Assembly (NCBI RefSeq): GCF_001194135.2
Contig: NC_068981.1
Span: 104,183,681 to 104,224,095 of the forward strand
Direction of reading: 5' to 3'
Origin: Octopus bimaculoides
Taxonomy: Eukaryota
DNA: 40,415 nt
Shown here: positions 1 through 12,539 of the stretch, piece by piece
How positions within the stretch are numbered: position 1 is the first letter of the stretch
How the letters are laid out: the number at the start of each line of letters is the position of its first letter
Notes under the pieces: model-generated
Databases searched by the model: none
What the model was told of the DNA's origin: nothing
What the model saw: the letters and a program-made list of their open reading frames with translations, nothing else
Position numbers and translations under genes: made by a program

Positions 1-123
1 CACTTACAAAAGACACAGACACATTGAAAGACACGCATGCGTAGACACATACAATAGGAATACAAAATACAAAATGGCTGATATTTAGCAAGGTGAGACA
101 CACATAAGAAAGAAGGAAACAAA

Positions 124-168
124 GGACCACTGATGAGGTCACAGAAGTGTGACGAAAGAACTCTGGCC
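124..168 (+). ncRNA. Minimal type I hammerhead ribozyme motif (probably Penelope-like element associated)
   Basis: Stem I gg-a-cca (124-129) / tgg-cc (164-168). Core CTGATGA 130-136, extra G137. Stem II gtcaca-gaag-tgtgac (138-153). GAAA 154-157. Minimal stem III AG-aa-CT. Cleavage triplet CUC, cut after 163. Confidence 0.7.
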
Positions 169-274
169 GAAATAAGATTAAGATTAATGTAATATAAAGC
201 TGAAGCAAATTAACACCAAATATACAGTGCGTGTGTTTTTATTGGCTAAACTGGCAATATGACCATCCCCAAGT

Positions 275-317
<43 letters not shown>

Positions 318-340
318 GTATGTATATATATATATAAATA

Positions 341-1872
341 AACTGAACCACAAAAGAAATTCCACACACACTAAATAGAAATCGTTTTATTAACAGGCTG
401 CCATAGCATTGATTGAAGAGTGCTAATTAAGAAACTGTTCTTTCCTAATGATAAAACGCCATTTCCTGAAACATGTTTGATATCACATGGTGTCACGTGA
501 TGATGACGTGTCCTGGATTCAAAAAGATGAACTCAATGTCTCATGTGACCACCATTAGCATTAATTACCACCATGTATCTTCTGTACATTGAATGCACCA
601 AACGATTGATGAAGGCTATTGGGAAAACAATCCACACAGTGAGCTGTGCCGCAGTCATCAGCCTTGGACAGATGTCATTTAGTCTTCTTTGAAGTGCATC
701 CCACAGGTGTTCTATGGGGTTCAAGTCCAGTCTTAGGGCAGGGCATGGCAGTGTCTAGATGTTATGCTGTTGGAAGAAGTCTGTTGTAAACTTGGCAGTA
801 TAGGAATGGGTGTTGTCATGTTGGAACACATGATTCCGATGACGAGTAAAGTGTGACAAAATGTGAAGCCTCAACACTTGGTTGATGTAGTGAGCAGTGG
901 TTACTCCATTGCCCTGGCCTTGGCTGATGCTTTGGAAGATCACCAGTCCAAGTTTCTGGGTGAGTGCAATCCTGCCCCACACCATGCTGCTTTGTCCTCC
1001 CCATGAGTCTCTCTCCACTACACAGCCATCAGCATGACTTTCACTTCTTCTCCAAACCCTAGCTCTGCCATCTGCCACAGAAATGCAATATCGACTTTCA
1101 TCAGAGAAGACTACAGTCCTCCACTGCTGATTATCGCCAGTTCTGATGTTTTGGACCCCACTGCAGATGTGCCCATTGATGATGATGTAAGGATGGAGCC
1201 CCTAGCTGGACATCCACAAAACAGATTGAAAGATCTCAGCCTGTGGCATACTGTCTCTGCACAAATTGGGTCTGTGGTGAGTCACTATGGTCTGGCTAGC
1301 TGATTCCATTGCCCTCTGGAATCAATCCCGCAAGTGCTGTCAGTGCAGGTTGCAATCGGCAATCTTGACGTGCTGTTGTAACCCTCAGTCAGCCACTGTG
1401 TGGATGGTCATCAATGCAGTTTGTGGCATTGTATCATTCTCTCAGCCGCTCACTTGTTCGAATACTGCAGTTCAAGTCATTAGCAATGACTAATAGACAT
1501 TGACCAGCATGGAGACGTCTGATGGCTTACTCCTTCTGATTTCGTATCAGTCTTGGCATGCTTGTTATATTCAGGAAACAAATGGCAGACTGGTAAATTT
1601 GGGTGCCTTTTATACCTAATGAGCCAACATTTTTCACATGCATAATGCTTTCCATAAAGATGCATTCGCAAGCATTACCATGTTCACAAAAATTGAGCAA
1701 GTTCGAACCCTACATGCAAACCTTGTGTTTTCAAAAGAGAGTGGTGTTGTGGGTCAGTGACATCTTCCTGATGTCAAATTACCTAGAAATGTGATAAAAT
1801 CCATATAATCTCAATATTGTGTGGGGAAACAAATAACCTTTTACAGTGCAGCTTTTCTTTTGTAGTTCAGTA
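341..1872 (-). mobile_element. Full-length decayed Tc1-family DNA transposon
   Basis: TIRs aactgaaccacaaaagaaa (341-359) and tttcttttgtagttcagta (1854-1872; 17/19 match), flanked by TA at 339-340 and 1873-1874. Encloses a disrupted transposase. Confidence 0.9.
533..1559 (-). pseudogene. Tc1-like transposase pseudogene
   Basis: MPRLIRNQKE*AIRRLHAG...LNCSIRT (HTH start at 1559), VVFSDESRYC, GRARVWRR, FQHDN, NPIEHLWDALQRRL. Multiple stops and frameshifts. Confidence 0.9.
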
Positions 1873-1884
1873 TATATATATATC

Positions 1885-2100
1885 ATCATCATCATCATCG
1901 TCATCACTTAATGTCCGTTTTCCATGCTGGCATGGGTTGAACGGTTTGATAGAAGCTGACCTGCTGAAGGGCTGTTCAGGCTCCCTGTCTGTTTTGGTAT
2001 GGTTTCTACGGCTGGATGCCCTTCCTAATGTCAAACACTTCACAGAATGTATTGGGTGTTTTCATACAGCACCGGTATGGGTGCTTTTTACGTGGACCAG
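1885..2100 (-). mobile_element. SINE 3' part with (GAT)n tail (family F)
   Basis: Minus strand reads aggaagggcatccagccgtagaaacc...ccagcatggaaaacggacattaa-(gat)n. Related copies at 32425-32715 and 33015-33270. Confidence 0.7.
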
Positions 2101-2816
2101 CACTTTTGAGACTGCAAGATTAGGGATGCCCAACAGGAGAAAATTGCAAAGGACAAGCCTGTATGTAAGGGCAACATACATCTATATACATATATTTATA
2201 GAGATGTATGTATATATGTATGCTACCCCAAACATGGCTATAGTTCAGTGACTGGAATCAGTAAAAAATAAAAGAACAAACGCTTATACACAAATACTTT
2301 ACTCTCTTTGCTTTTTTATCTCTACAAGTCCATAAGAGATATTGTCTCTGGACAAATGCTACAGTAACTGGCCTATCAACAATGTATTTACATTAAATAT
2401 GCTTCATAGATGGCTATCTTAGTTAAATACTTCCTCAATTGCATGTACCAGATTTTTTTTCAGTCAGACACCTATTTGCTACATCAGTGAATACTTTATT
2501 CATTCTTACGTGTATCAGAGATGATAGATTCTCATCTAAACATATGGCTGACTGTGTATATGCCTCATTGATGAAAGGGCCCAGAAGGTGCTCTCACTGC
2601 AGTGACCACTGCTGGGACAAATATTCATGTGTGTGTGTATATCTGACTTTCTATCTCTGTTCTTTCTGATATATATTGTCTCTTTTTAAGTCCAGAAGAG
2701 ATGTTGTCTTGAAAAAAATACTACAATTAATGGCCTGTGAACAGTCTGTATACATTGGGTGCGATACATAGATGCCTGCTTTACACATTGCATAAAGTAT
2801 GTCCCTTTAATTACAT

Positions 2817-2851
<35 letters not shown>

Positions 2852-3789
2852 CACTCAAATGTGTGTGTGTGTTTGTGAATGAGAATGTAAAGCAGAGAGA
2901 GTGTGGGAGAGACTCTTTGTTAATTGCTGTTGCTGTCATTTTTGTCCCATGGTCATTGTTGTTGTTATTACTGTTACTGCTTTCACTCTCTCTCTCTCAC
3001 ACACATACACAAACACTGCACTGTACCCTCAACGTTCCCTCTCCCATACTATGTCAGATATATATCTCCCATAACATTTTTTCCCTCAACCTTTGTCTGC
3101 AATTCTCAAATTTTCTTAGGTCATTCATAAGTCTTAGGCGCCTTTTTTCTTTTTTTTTTTTTCTATAATTTGTTGATTTTTTAAAATTTTTGTCCTGTTC
3201 TTTTTTGTAGAGAGATGGGGAGGGAAGGAGGGAGTTTTATTTTTGTCTTCTATATGTAATATTTATGTATTTGTTTTTATTCACAAGAGCAGCAGCAATA
3301 TCTTATGGAAGAAAATTTGCAAAATGTTTGTATATTTTTAGAAGTGTTCTATTTTATTTATTCATTTATTTCACTTTTATTTATTGTTATAGTTTATTTA
3401 TTATTTTTATTTTTTTATTTTTGTTATCTATTTATTTCTGTCAATAATATATATGCATGATATGTTCTTGTAAAAAGGAAGGAAAAAGAAAGAAAAAGAA
3501 AAACAAGAAACAAAATGAAATAAGCCAAAAACAAACCAAAATACAACCCTTACATAAATCAAGAAATTCAGTTCTTTGCCGTTATGAATTACAAACATTA
3601 ATTTCCCAGGATTAATTTTCTGCCATTTTGACTTGACAGAAGTGGAAGACTAAATAAAATTATTGAAATATGAGATTTTGAAATCTGTGCATACAGGCTG
3701 ACAGCCAGACAGACTGACCAACAAACTAACCATATACCATTTAGACACAAATATACACCAAACACATGCATACACTTACTCAAACACTC

Positions 3790-3817
3790 ACCACTAATCT
3801 ATGTACATATATATATA

Positions 3818-3858
<41 letters not shown>

Positions 3859-3990
3859 GCCAGCACAACATATATGTATGCATATGTGTGTGTATATATA
3901 TATATATATATGTGTGTGCGTGTGTGTGTGTTTGTATGTGTGTATATGTATATATATATGTGTATATATATATATGTATATATATATGTG

Positions 3991-4079
<89 letters not shown>

Positions 4080-4270
4080 TTATATATATATGTGTATGTG
4101 TGTATATATATGTGTATATGTATATATATGCGTGTGTGTATATGAATATATGTGTGTATATGTATGTGTAAATGTATGTATATGTATATATATGTGTGTA
4201 TGTATATATGTATATATATGTTTCTATTTATCTATATATATATATATATATATACATACACACACACACA
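3790..4270. repeat. Compound (TA)n/(TG)n microsatellite
   Basis: Long pure TA run around 4000-4076 inside TA/TG/CA repeats. It is the source of the YIYI ORFs. Confidence 0.95.
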
Positions 4271-4548
4271 TATATACATGCATACACATACATGTGCATG
4301 CACTCATACTCTGTCTCTCTATCTTACTCTCTGTCTCTCACACACACACACACACCACACACAAGCACATTGTATGCATGGCCATGCCTTCGCACATCTT
4401 CACACCCATTACTGCTAATAATCCCACACATGCATGCAGATATTGTGTATGTTATGCGATACAAATGCCTTACATACATACATACAAGCAGTAAAAGTAA
4501 ACAACAATCTGTGCCTATACTTTCACTCCCTCACTATGTGTGTTAAAC

Positions 4549-4589
<41 letters not shown>

Positions 4590-4953
4590 AGCTTTTGAGC
4601 ATCTATTCACAAACATAAGGCAGTGGATGACAGAATTGTTAGGGCATCAGACAAATTATCTGATAGTGTTCAGTTACATTCCTGTATGTTCTGAATATAA
4701 GTCCCACGCTAGACGACTTTGCCTTCCATACTTCTGAGCTTGACAAAAATAAGTACCAGCGTACAAGTAGTAGTGGAGGGTCAATACAATCAATTATCCA
4801 CTTGAACATGCTGCTCCAGTCTGGTTGCAGTTCAGTGACTGAAAGGCAGTAAAAGGATAGAAGAATACTTATATACAAATGCTTCATACATTGCACACAC
4901 AAACGCACATGCGCACACACGCACACACACACACAAATGTGTGTGTATGTGTG

Positions 4954-5087
4954 TTCCCAACCACCTTGGTTCCAGGTTCAGTCCTATGTGTGGCACCTTG
5001 GGCAAGTGTCTTCTACTGTAGCTTCAGGCTGACCAAAGCCATGTGAGTGGATTCAGTAGACAGAAACTGCAAGAAGCCTGTCATATA

Positions 5088-5126
<39 letters not shown>

Positions 5127-5355
5127 GTGTATTTATCTGTGTGTCTGAGTTTTTACCCCCGCCATCACTTAACAACTGATTCTGGTGGGTTTATGTCCCT
5201 GTAATCTAGCAGTTCAGCAAAGGACACTGATAGAATAAGTACTAGGCTTACAAAGAATAAACCTTGGGGTCAATTTCTTTGACTAAAACCCTTTAAGGCG
5301 GTGCTCCAGTATGGTCGCAATCAAATGACTGAAGCAAGTAGAAGAATAAAAGAAT
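4954..5355 (+). mobile_element. tRNA-derived SINE family A, near full length
   Basis: ggttcagtcc B-box-like head, gtggcaccttgggcaagtgtcttctact core, internal TA tract, 3' ggcggtgctccagtatgg...gactgaagcaagta tail. Confidence 0.85.
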
Positions 5356-5579
5356 CTATATTTAGAGATAATGATGCAAATAAACAAATAAAGCTACTGG
5401 GACTAGATATATAAAATATACATACATATATACATGTAAATAGAAAGAAAAAAAGATTGAAAGTATTCAAATAATGAATATTCATGTATATATATATGTA
5501 TATATATATATTCAAAACACTAAGTTATGAGGACATAAACAAAGCAGCACCAGTTATTAAGTGGTGAGTGGGAACACAA

Positions 5580-5773
5580 ACACACATACATATACATATG
5601 TGTGTGTGATAGGCTTCCATGCAGTTTTAGTCCACCAAAGTCACTCATATGTTGTTGGTTGGCCTGGGCTCTATAGGAGAAGACACTTACCGAAGGTGCC
5701 ACATAGTGTGTCTGAACCCAAAACTGCATGGTTGCAAAGTGCACTTCTTAACCACACAGCCAAGCCTGCACCT
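5580..5773 (-). mobile_element. SINE family A, 5' half
   Basis: Reverse complement of the aggtgcaggcttggctgtgtggttaagaagt...ggcaccttcggtaagtgtcttc head. Confidence 0.75.
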
Positions 5774-5953
5774 ACAGTATGTTACATAAATATGCGAAGT
5801 TATGTTGTATTTTTAATATTTCTGTATAATGTTATTATTAATTCACCTTCCCACACATACAAGTAAATTTCATCACAAATTACTGAGTGGTAGAACTTGA
5901 AGAGACACGTAGGTACTCTATGCTGTCAGTGACACTAAACCTTTGAATGCTAA

Positions 5954-6153
5954 CTCTTTAGCATTCAGGTTATTCTGTCAAATGTAATGTTTATTTATTC
6001 ACATTGTTTTGAATTAATAACGTATTATTTCATGGCTTCAAGATTTCCATGATGTGATTGCATTGTTGGGTAAGTGTGAGAGGCCATATCTGATCAGTTT
6101 GAACATAAAACAGAATATTTGGGCTGGATATGGCTGGTTTAAATGCTAAAGTG
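5954..6153. mobile_element. piggyBac-type MITE (TTAA target)
   Basis: Ends ctaa-ctctttagcatt ... aatgctaaagtg-ttaa. Same internal sequence as 17219-17439 and 40022-40237. Confidence 0.75.
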
Positions 6154-6680
6154 TTAAAGAACAGATTTTATGTATAAATATGCACCTTGGTTTCGTGACA
6201 TTTTTTTAAAGTTCAAATTGCATCCTTTACACTAATAATTTTTGATTAATCGAAACCTTTTTTTTTTTTTCAATTTTAGAAAATGTGAGATTGATTTTTT
6301 TAATATGTCTCTGTGAGAATATAGTGTTAGATTTTTGACTGTATGATTGCATATTCAAAGTTTATTGAAGTTGTTTGTTTTGTTTGCCTCTGGGCTAGTC
6401 ACATGATTTTCCTTGTCTCTGTCTATACAAATATTGATACTTTTTCAAAGACAAAACATTCCAACCATTCTGACAGAAAATAATGGGTTTATAAAAAAAT
6501 AAAATGATTAAAAAAAACCGCCAAAATAATAAATAAATGAGAAATTTATGAAACTTGCTTTATCAATAATCCTAAATTCCCTAGATCCCTAGATTTGCAA
6601 ATCTATATTATTATTGTTCTTGTACTTTTATTATCATTCCATTTACTATTCTGAATATACTTATTAAAAAAAAAAAGGTA

Positions 6681-7030
6681 TATGTGTGGTAAGAAGCTTG
6701 ATTCCCAATCACATGGGTCCACATGGTTCCAGGTTCTCTTCTACTATAGCCTTAGGTCAACCAAAGCCTTGTGAGTGGATTTGATAGATGAAAACTGAAA
6801 GAAGTCTGTCGTATGTGTGTGTCTTTGTGTATGTGTTTGTCCCCCAACCATCGCTTGACAACTGATGTTGGTGTGTTTACACACCCTTAACATAGTAGTT
6901 CGGCCAAAGAGACCAATAGAATAAGTAGGCTTACAAAGAATAAGTCCTGGGGTCAATTTGTGTGATTAAAAACCCTTTAAGATGATGTTCCAGCAATCCT
7001 GCAGTCAAATAACTGAAACAAGTAACAAAG
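6681..7030 (+). mobile_element. SINE family A
   Basis: gtgtggtaagaagcttg head through ccaaagccttgtgagtggattt, gatagaataagt and gactgaaacaagta tail. Confidence 0.85.
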
Positions 7031-7254
7031 TATTACCGTTGAGAATGTTTGTCCCATATTGTTATCTAAATATTTTTTTCATTTGACATAACTTTTAATT
7101 CTTTCTCCCTCAAAACATGTCCCATTAGCAAATTAGATCACTGTTCAATACAATGCCTCTATCATATAGCATGTAGTTACTGTATGTTCTATAATGGTAT
7201 ATGTATTAGGTGAACCAGATAGAGAGCCTATGTAGTAACTCCTCTCTTTAGATC

Positions 7255-7625
7255 GAGTTACCTCAATTTGCACAGATGTTCCTCCATTAGTCTCTTGTCC
7301 TCCACTGCTGACTTCAACTCAGGATCTGATAGACCACTGTCAATCACTAGTCTGTCAACATATGTTGTAGCTAATCAATCTCTCATCCTGTAGTCATGTA
7401 TTGGTCCCCAGAGTAACACATCCCTAATGCACTCATTCTTGGCCTGGTAGAAGTGCCCAGCAAGCAAAATGGAGTCTCCTGACTCTGCCTACCTCTGATA
7501 TCAAGGGAAGATCCCTGTAGAGGTCTTTATTGGTCACCCACTGTTGTCATTCGATATTCGGTGTGTATCAGAGTGAGTATAGCTTCTGTCTAGTCATTCC
7601 TGCTACATTTTTGTCTGGATCCAAG
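7255..7625 (-). mobile_element. RTE-type (RTE-X-like) LINE 3' ORF relic
   Basis: Minus translation ...QQWVTNKDLYRDLPLISEV.RVRRLHFA/AGHFYQAKNECIRDVLLWGP...TTYVDRLVIDSGL..ELKSAVEDKR matches the RTE C-terminal GH..R/LLW/TY.D.L pattern. Contains stops. Confidence 0.75.
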
Positions 7626-8188
7626 TGCTAAAAATAGCAGCAAAAAAAAAATACATCGACTGTCTTTTAAAAGGAAGGATACATTGACTAAGGCAGTCTT
7701 AGATACATAGTGACATTATGCTTAAAATTGTCAGGATGATTACTGCTGGAATGCCATTGATCATAGGTCTGCTTGATCAGAGCTGATCTGGAACTAACCA
7801 CTAAAGATATATTGGACTCTATGCACTTTCCTGCAGATGGTTATTAAAGCACATTGGTGGTTTCACATATAAGCCCTAATAACACATACACATCCTAACA
7901 CTGATATGATGGTGGAATTTTTTTCTTACAGAGACATCCAGTATCCTTCTACAGGTGTGGCTGTGTGGTAAGAAGTTGCTTCCCAAACACATGGTTCCAG
8001 GTTCCATTCTATTGCATGGCACCTATTAACAGGGAAGTAACAAAGCAGATATCATATTAGATTAGTAGCATAACAACCTGTAGGACAAACTTAGTGCAAC
8101 AGTCTTTTTTTGTATTAGTACAAAGCACCAACCTATCCAGATGAAATACTAGATTTTCCCTGGTACCTGAGGGATTTCAGTGTCTCAC

Positions 8189-8239
8189 CTTTGGAGAAAT
8201 GTACACCCATCTGGTTAATTCCATTTCTTATAAATGAAT
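8189..8239 (-). other. Candidate 51-nt minus-strand exon (unverified)
   Basis: ttttgtcttcag|...CCAAAG|gtgaga. Open as DSFIRNGINQMGVHFSK (phase 1-1). No recognisable homology, so it may be a chance pseudo-exon. Confidence 0.15.
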
Positions 8240-8624
8240 CTGAAGACAAAAGACTTAATAGTTGACAAAGAATGTTGAAGGGGAAGAAGAAGACATAAGT
8301 GTTAGAATTTATGATTTTCTTAGCACAGACAGGAAGCAATAAATTTGGAAGGAAGAAGCATTCCATTGAAGCAACCCCCAGAACTTGATGAAGTACTTAT
8401 TTTATTAGCCCTAAGAAGATGAAAGGCAAAGTCGGCCTCAGCAGGGTTTGAACTCGGAATGCAAAAGGATGAAACAAAATATTACAAAACATTTCAAGGG
8501 GCGTGGAAGGTTAGCCCTTAACAGAATTAGAAATAAAATTAAGAAAAGAGACATAAAGTGTTGTAACTAAATACCACAGCATTTTATTCGATGCTCTACA
8601 GATTCCACTTTCTGTTTCCTTAAT

Positions 8625-8835
8625 GATAAAGGTACAAGGCCTGAAATTTTGTGGGAGGTGAATAGTCAATTATATTGACCCCAGTACTCAACTGGTACTT
8701 ATTTCATCAACACTGAAAGGATGAAAGGCAAAGTTGACCTCGGCAGAATTTGAACTCAAAATGTAAAGATAGACAAAATGCTGCTAAGCAGTTTGCCTGG
8801 CATGCTAATGATTCTGCCACCTCGCTACCTTAATA
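8625..8835 (-). mobile_element. tRNA-derived SINE family B with (ATT)n tail
   Basis: Minus strand has a tggcagaatcattag A-box, gagttcaaattc B-box, ctttgcctttcatcctt central domain and ends ...caggccttgtacct. Confidence 0.85.
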
Positions 8836-9623
8836 ATAATAATAATAATAATAATAACAACAACAACAACTACATTAGAGACAAGTTTTAAATATATTCC
8901 AGCAATATAACCCTGATTCATAAAATTTTGTAGGAATCTGGTTGATAAATGGTTAGAAATTTCCAAGAACAAATGAAAAAAAGCAGAAAGAGGAAAAGAA
9001 AATAACTCTGTGCTGCTGCTGATAATCTTTTTCCATCTAGTTTTTTATTTATTTATTTATTTCACTTTATTATTCCTTTCTTTCAAGCATGCCGTCTTTG
9101 AAATCAGAAATCACACATACACACACACACACAAAAACTGTAACAACTACAACACAAATAAACAAACACAAAGAAATAAGAATAATAAGAGAATCAAGAG
9201 CAGCTTTACAAAAATCCATTAATTTCCACCTTCAAGATAAATAATATAATCAGGCCAATGGGTTAAAAAATAATATACTGCTATTTTAACCCTTCATATG
9301 TAGATGTCATAATTATGCGTTCATGCAGATCCAATTTTACCGTTTGCATTTATTTATTTTTATAATTGTTGTGATCAGGTCTTTTTCTTTTTTTAATCTG
9401 TTTTCTTATGATTTTTTAATTTTTTTTTTTATTTGCATCAGTTTCATTTCCGGTTATAAATATGACACCAAACTTCTTAACAATACCATGAAATATTGGC
9501 AATAGATGATAAATGTTTCTGTGAGCTAAAGGGGGCATTCAATTAAATCATTGCAGCTTAGTTCCAGGTTGGGATTCTTAGCTCCATATCTGTCTATAGT
9601 TTTAAGCAAATAATTGCGAGATA

Positions 9624-10250
9624 CAGGGGTTGGACAAAATAATAGAAACACCTTAAAATTTCAAACAAATTTATTTTAATATGGGATAGGACCACCTTTG
9701 GCAGTAATTACAGCTTGAATTCTATGAGGTATGAACTCATACAAAGTTTGAATTGTTTCCAAAGGAATTTTTGTCCATTCTTCAGCTAAAACAGTCTCCA
9801 GTTCTTGTAGTGATGATGATGGAGTATATCGACTCCTTACTTGTTTTTCTAAAATGCACCATAAATGTTCAATAATATTGATACCTGGAGACTGTGGTGG
9901 CCAGATAAGATGTTCAACTTCACTCGAATGTTCCTCATGCCATTCAGTAACAACTTTAGCTGTGTGAATTGGTGCATTATCATCCTGAAAGATCGCGTTT
10001 CTCTCCAGAAACAGTTCTGCAACCAGAATTTGATCAGATAAAATGCTTAAATAGTCTTGACTATTAATTCTGCCATGAAAGAAAATCATTGGGCTGGTAG
10101 ATTTGCAAGATATACCCCCCCCCCCCGATCATCACAGATCAACCAGTCTTATGATCATTAATTAGTTCAACACNNNNNNNNNNNNNNNNNNNNNNNNNNN
10201 NNNNNNNNNNNNNNNNNCCCCCCCCGATCATCACAGATCAACCAGTCTTA
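9624..10250 (-). mobile_element. 5'-truncated Tc1-family transposon (DD34E C-terminus)
   Basis: TA then TIR caggggttggacaaaataatagaaacacc at 9624. ORF 9676-10089 has IFQDDNAPIHTA...WPPQSPGINIIEHLW...VITAKGGPIPY. Confidence 0.9.
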
Positions 10251-10485
10251 TGATCATTAATTAGTTCAACACCCTATCCACGAAGCCATTTGCCTTCAAT
10301 GATGATAATGATGATAAATATAATAACCTCAGTTTTTCGGAGTTTGTTGGTCTTGCACCTTTCCCACTCATGCACTTTCAACTCATTTGTTTCTCCTCTT
10401 TTCACCACTGACCACTACAGCTTGTCCTTCCTCCCAATACCATCAATCCCCTGGAATTCCATCCCCTCTCGTCTCTTTCATTCAG

Positions 10486-10555
10486 GCGTTAACTTGCAAC
10501 TGTTTAAATGGAACATTAAGGGTAGCAATCAGTCTCACCAGGGTCAGAGAGCTAG
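10486..10555 (+). other. Candidate 5' non-coding exon
   Basis: Strong acceptor cccctctcgtctctttcattcag| and consensus donor TAG|gtgagt. Confidence 0.3.
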
Positions 10556-11093
10556 GTGAGTTTGACCATGGGCACACACTTCCTCATGCCTCCATACCCA
10601 ACAATCAAAAACAAATATAAATTCATACACACACATTTCTGTGTGAGTGTGTGCATATGTGTGTGTGTAAATATGTTTGTTTGTGAGTGTGTGTAAATAT
10701 GTGTTTGTGTGCACCATGGATGCTTGATAAAACATGTTAGGACAACCAGTAATGGATATGTTCAATTTCATATGTGTGTGTCTGTGTGTGTGTGTAACAA
10801 AATCCCTTGTATAACTGATTACTTATATCTTTTTATTCATTTGTACTGTTACACTCGGGTGTGAAAACATACATATTTCATTTAATCTCTTGCTGGCTTC
10901 AGTCATTGGAGCACAGCCATACTGGGCTATTTACTCCTGCCATTTAGAACATATTTGCATTTCTTCATACATACATTCATCTATATATACAGGCATATAT
11001 ATATATCTCGGTCCGTCCATGTATATCCGTATGTATGTACCCATACATATAAAAGTATTTGTGTGCATATGTGTATATATTTGTGTGTATGTT

Positions 11094-11128
<35 letters not shown>

Positions 11129-11129
11129 C

Positions 11130-11162
<33 letters not shown>

Positions 11163-11770
11163 GTTGTGTGTATGTATATATATGGAATGCACTTACACAC
11201 ACACTCACCCATGCACGCAGGCGCGCACACACACACACGCACACATTCTGTCATTCCTCAGCAATAAAACTCGCCTGCGCCTTTTCTGTGTTGCTGGTGT
11301 GTTTCTCTTACTGACAGACAGAAAGGAAATCTGTCAGATAAGTGTCACAACTGACACACTGATGAGTTAACAGCGTTAGCCAAATATTATTATTATTCTT
11401 CCTCCTCCTCTTTACCATTTTCTTCTATTTTTTTTTACAGATTTATTTGTTTTGTTTTTTACTATTTTTTTCTTTAGTTTACTTTTTCTTTTTGGTGGTG
11501 GGAGTCTTTGTTTATTTGTTTTGTTTTTATTTCTATCCTTAGTGTTGTTGCTTTTTTTTTCTTTTTCTGTTGTTGTTGTTGTTGTTAATGTTGTCAATGT
11601 TGTCTTGAAGAAAATTTGTGGCTTGAATTTTTCCAGCTTAGAAAAACAATTTTGGCAGCAGGGTATCACTGAATTCTTCCTTGCTAACTGCCAACAGGGA
11701 TTATATTCTCTCTGTGTCTCTTTCTCCTATACCCCTCTCTCTAATTTTTTTCTCTCTCCTCTCTCTAACT

Positions 11771-11834
11771 GGGTGGGTGGCAGATGGGTATCCTTGCATT
11801 GTATATAAGTTAGTACCCTCACATTGTATATAAG
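11771..11834 (+). promoter_or_regulatory. Candidate core promoter: GT-box plus two TATA boxes
   Basis: gggtgggtgg 11771-11780. Exact 13-bp direct repeat cattgTATATAAG at 11797-11809 and 11822-11834. Confidence 0.3.
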
Positions 11835-11902
11835 ATCCAGCATGAAGGAAGCATAGGAAGGGTGGAGAGAAAGAAAAACAAAGCAGGACTACTCTCTCTC
11901 TT

Positions 11903-11950
<48 letters not shown>

Positions 11951-12502
11951 TTCTTTCTCACTTCTTATTTCCTTCTTTCAGCTTCCCACCCCCAGACCCT
12001 CGTCTGCCCACTGTCACCACCACCCCTACCACTACTCTGCAGCCCAGCCAAAGTCCTCCTCCCATAAGATGTTCTTTTCCTTCCTTCCTGTAGAGGCAAA
12101 AGCAATATCTATTTCCACCACAAACACAGGAACTTTTTTTTTTCTTTTTTATATTTTTATGCCACACCATATTGATGTGCCATNNNNNNNNNNNNNNNNN
12201 NNNNNNNNNNNNNNNNNNNNNNNNNNNNNNNNNNNNNNNNNNNNNNNNNNNNGTCTATGAGGGTATTAAGATACTGATTTCATTTCACACTTATTCTCAC
12301 CTAAAATAAATATAAGTCATGAATTTTTTTTTTTCTTTCGTAGAAAATATAGAATATATATGAAAAAATATTTTCATTTATTCTATTTATTTTTGTTTTT
12401 AACAAGAATTACATTCTTTTATTTATTTATTATTTGCTTATTTTCTTTTGTTTTGAGAGAGAAAGAAGGAAACTAAATTCTAAATATTCTGGATGTGCAT
12501 GT

Positions 12503-12539
<37 letters not shown>

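Noticed and set aside
3766-4546. Long ORFs (up to 242 aa) rich in [12 protein letters not shown], and similar ones at 10890-11370, 12434-12802, 34555-35044 and 35609-36009
   Set aside because: Translations of dinucleotide and tetranucleotide microsatellites.
6590-6605. Perfect 16-bp palindrome tagatttgcaaatcta
   Set aside because: About one such palindrome is expected by chance in 40 kb of AT-rich DNA.
10119-10272. Exact 55-bp direct repeat (10119-10173 and 10218-10272)
   Set aside because: Identical sequence on both sides of an N-gap next to a poly-C run is typical of unmerged contig overlap, not a biological duplication.
11342-11390. Type III hammerhead-like layout: gtgtca-caac-tgacac, CTGATGA, gttaac-agc-gttagc, CAAA
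   Set aside because: The essential G12 is C (CAAA, not GAAA), stem I is out of register with the core and stem III has only ~2 bp. Probably coincidental with the TGACA cluster.
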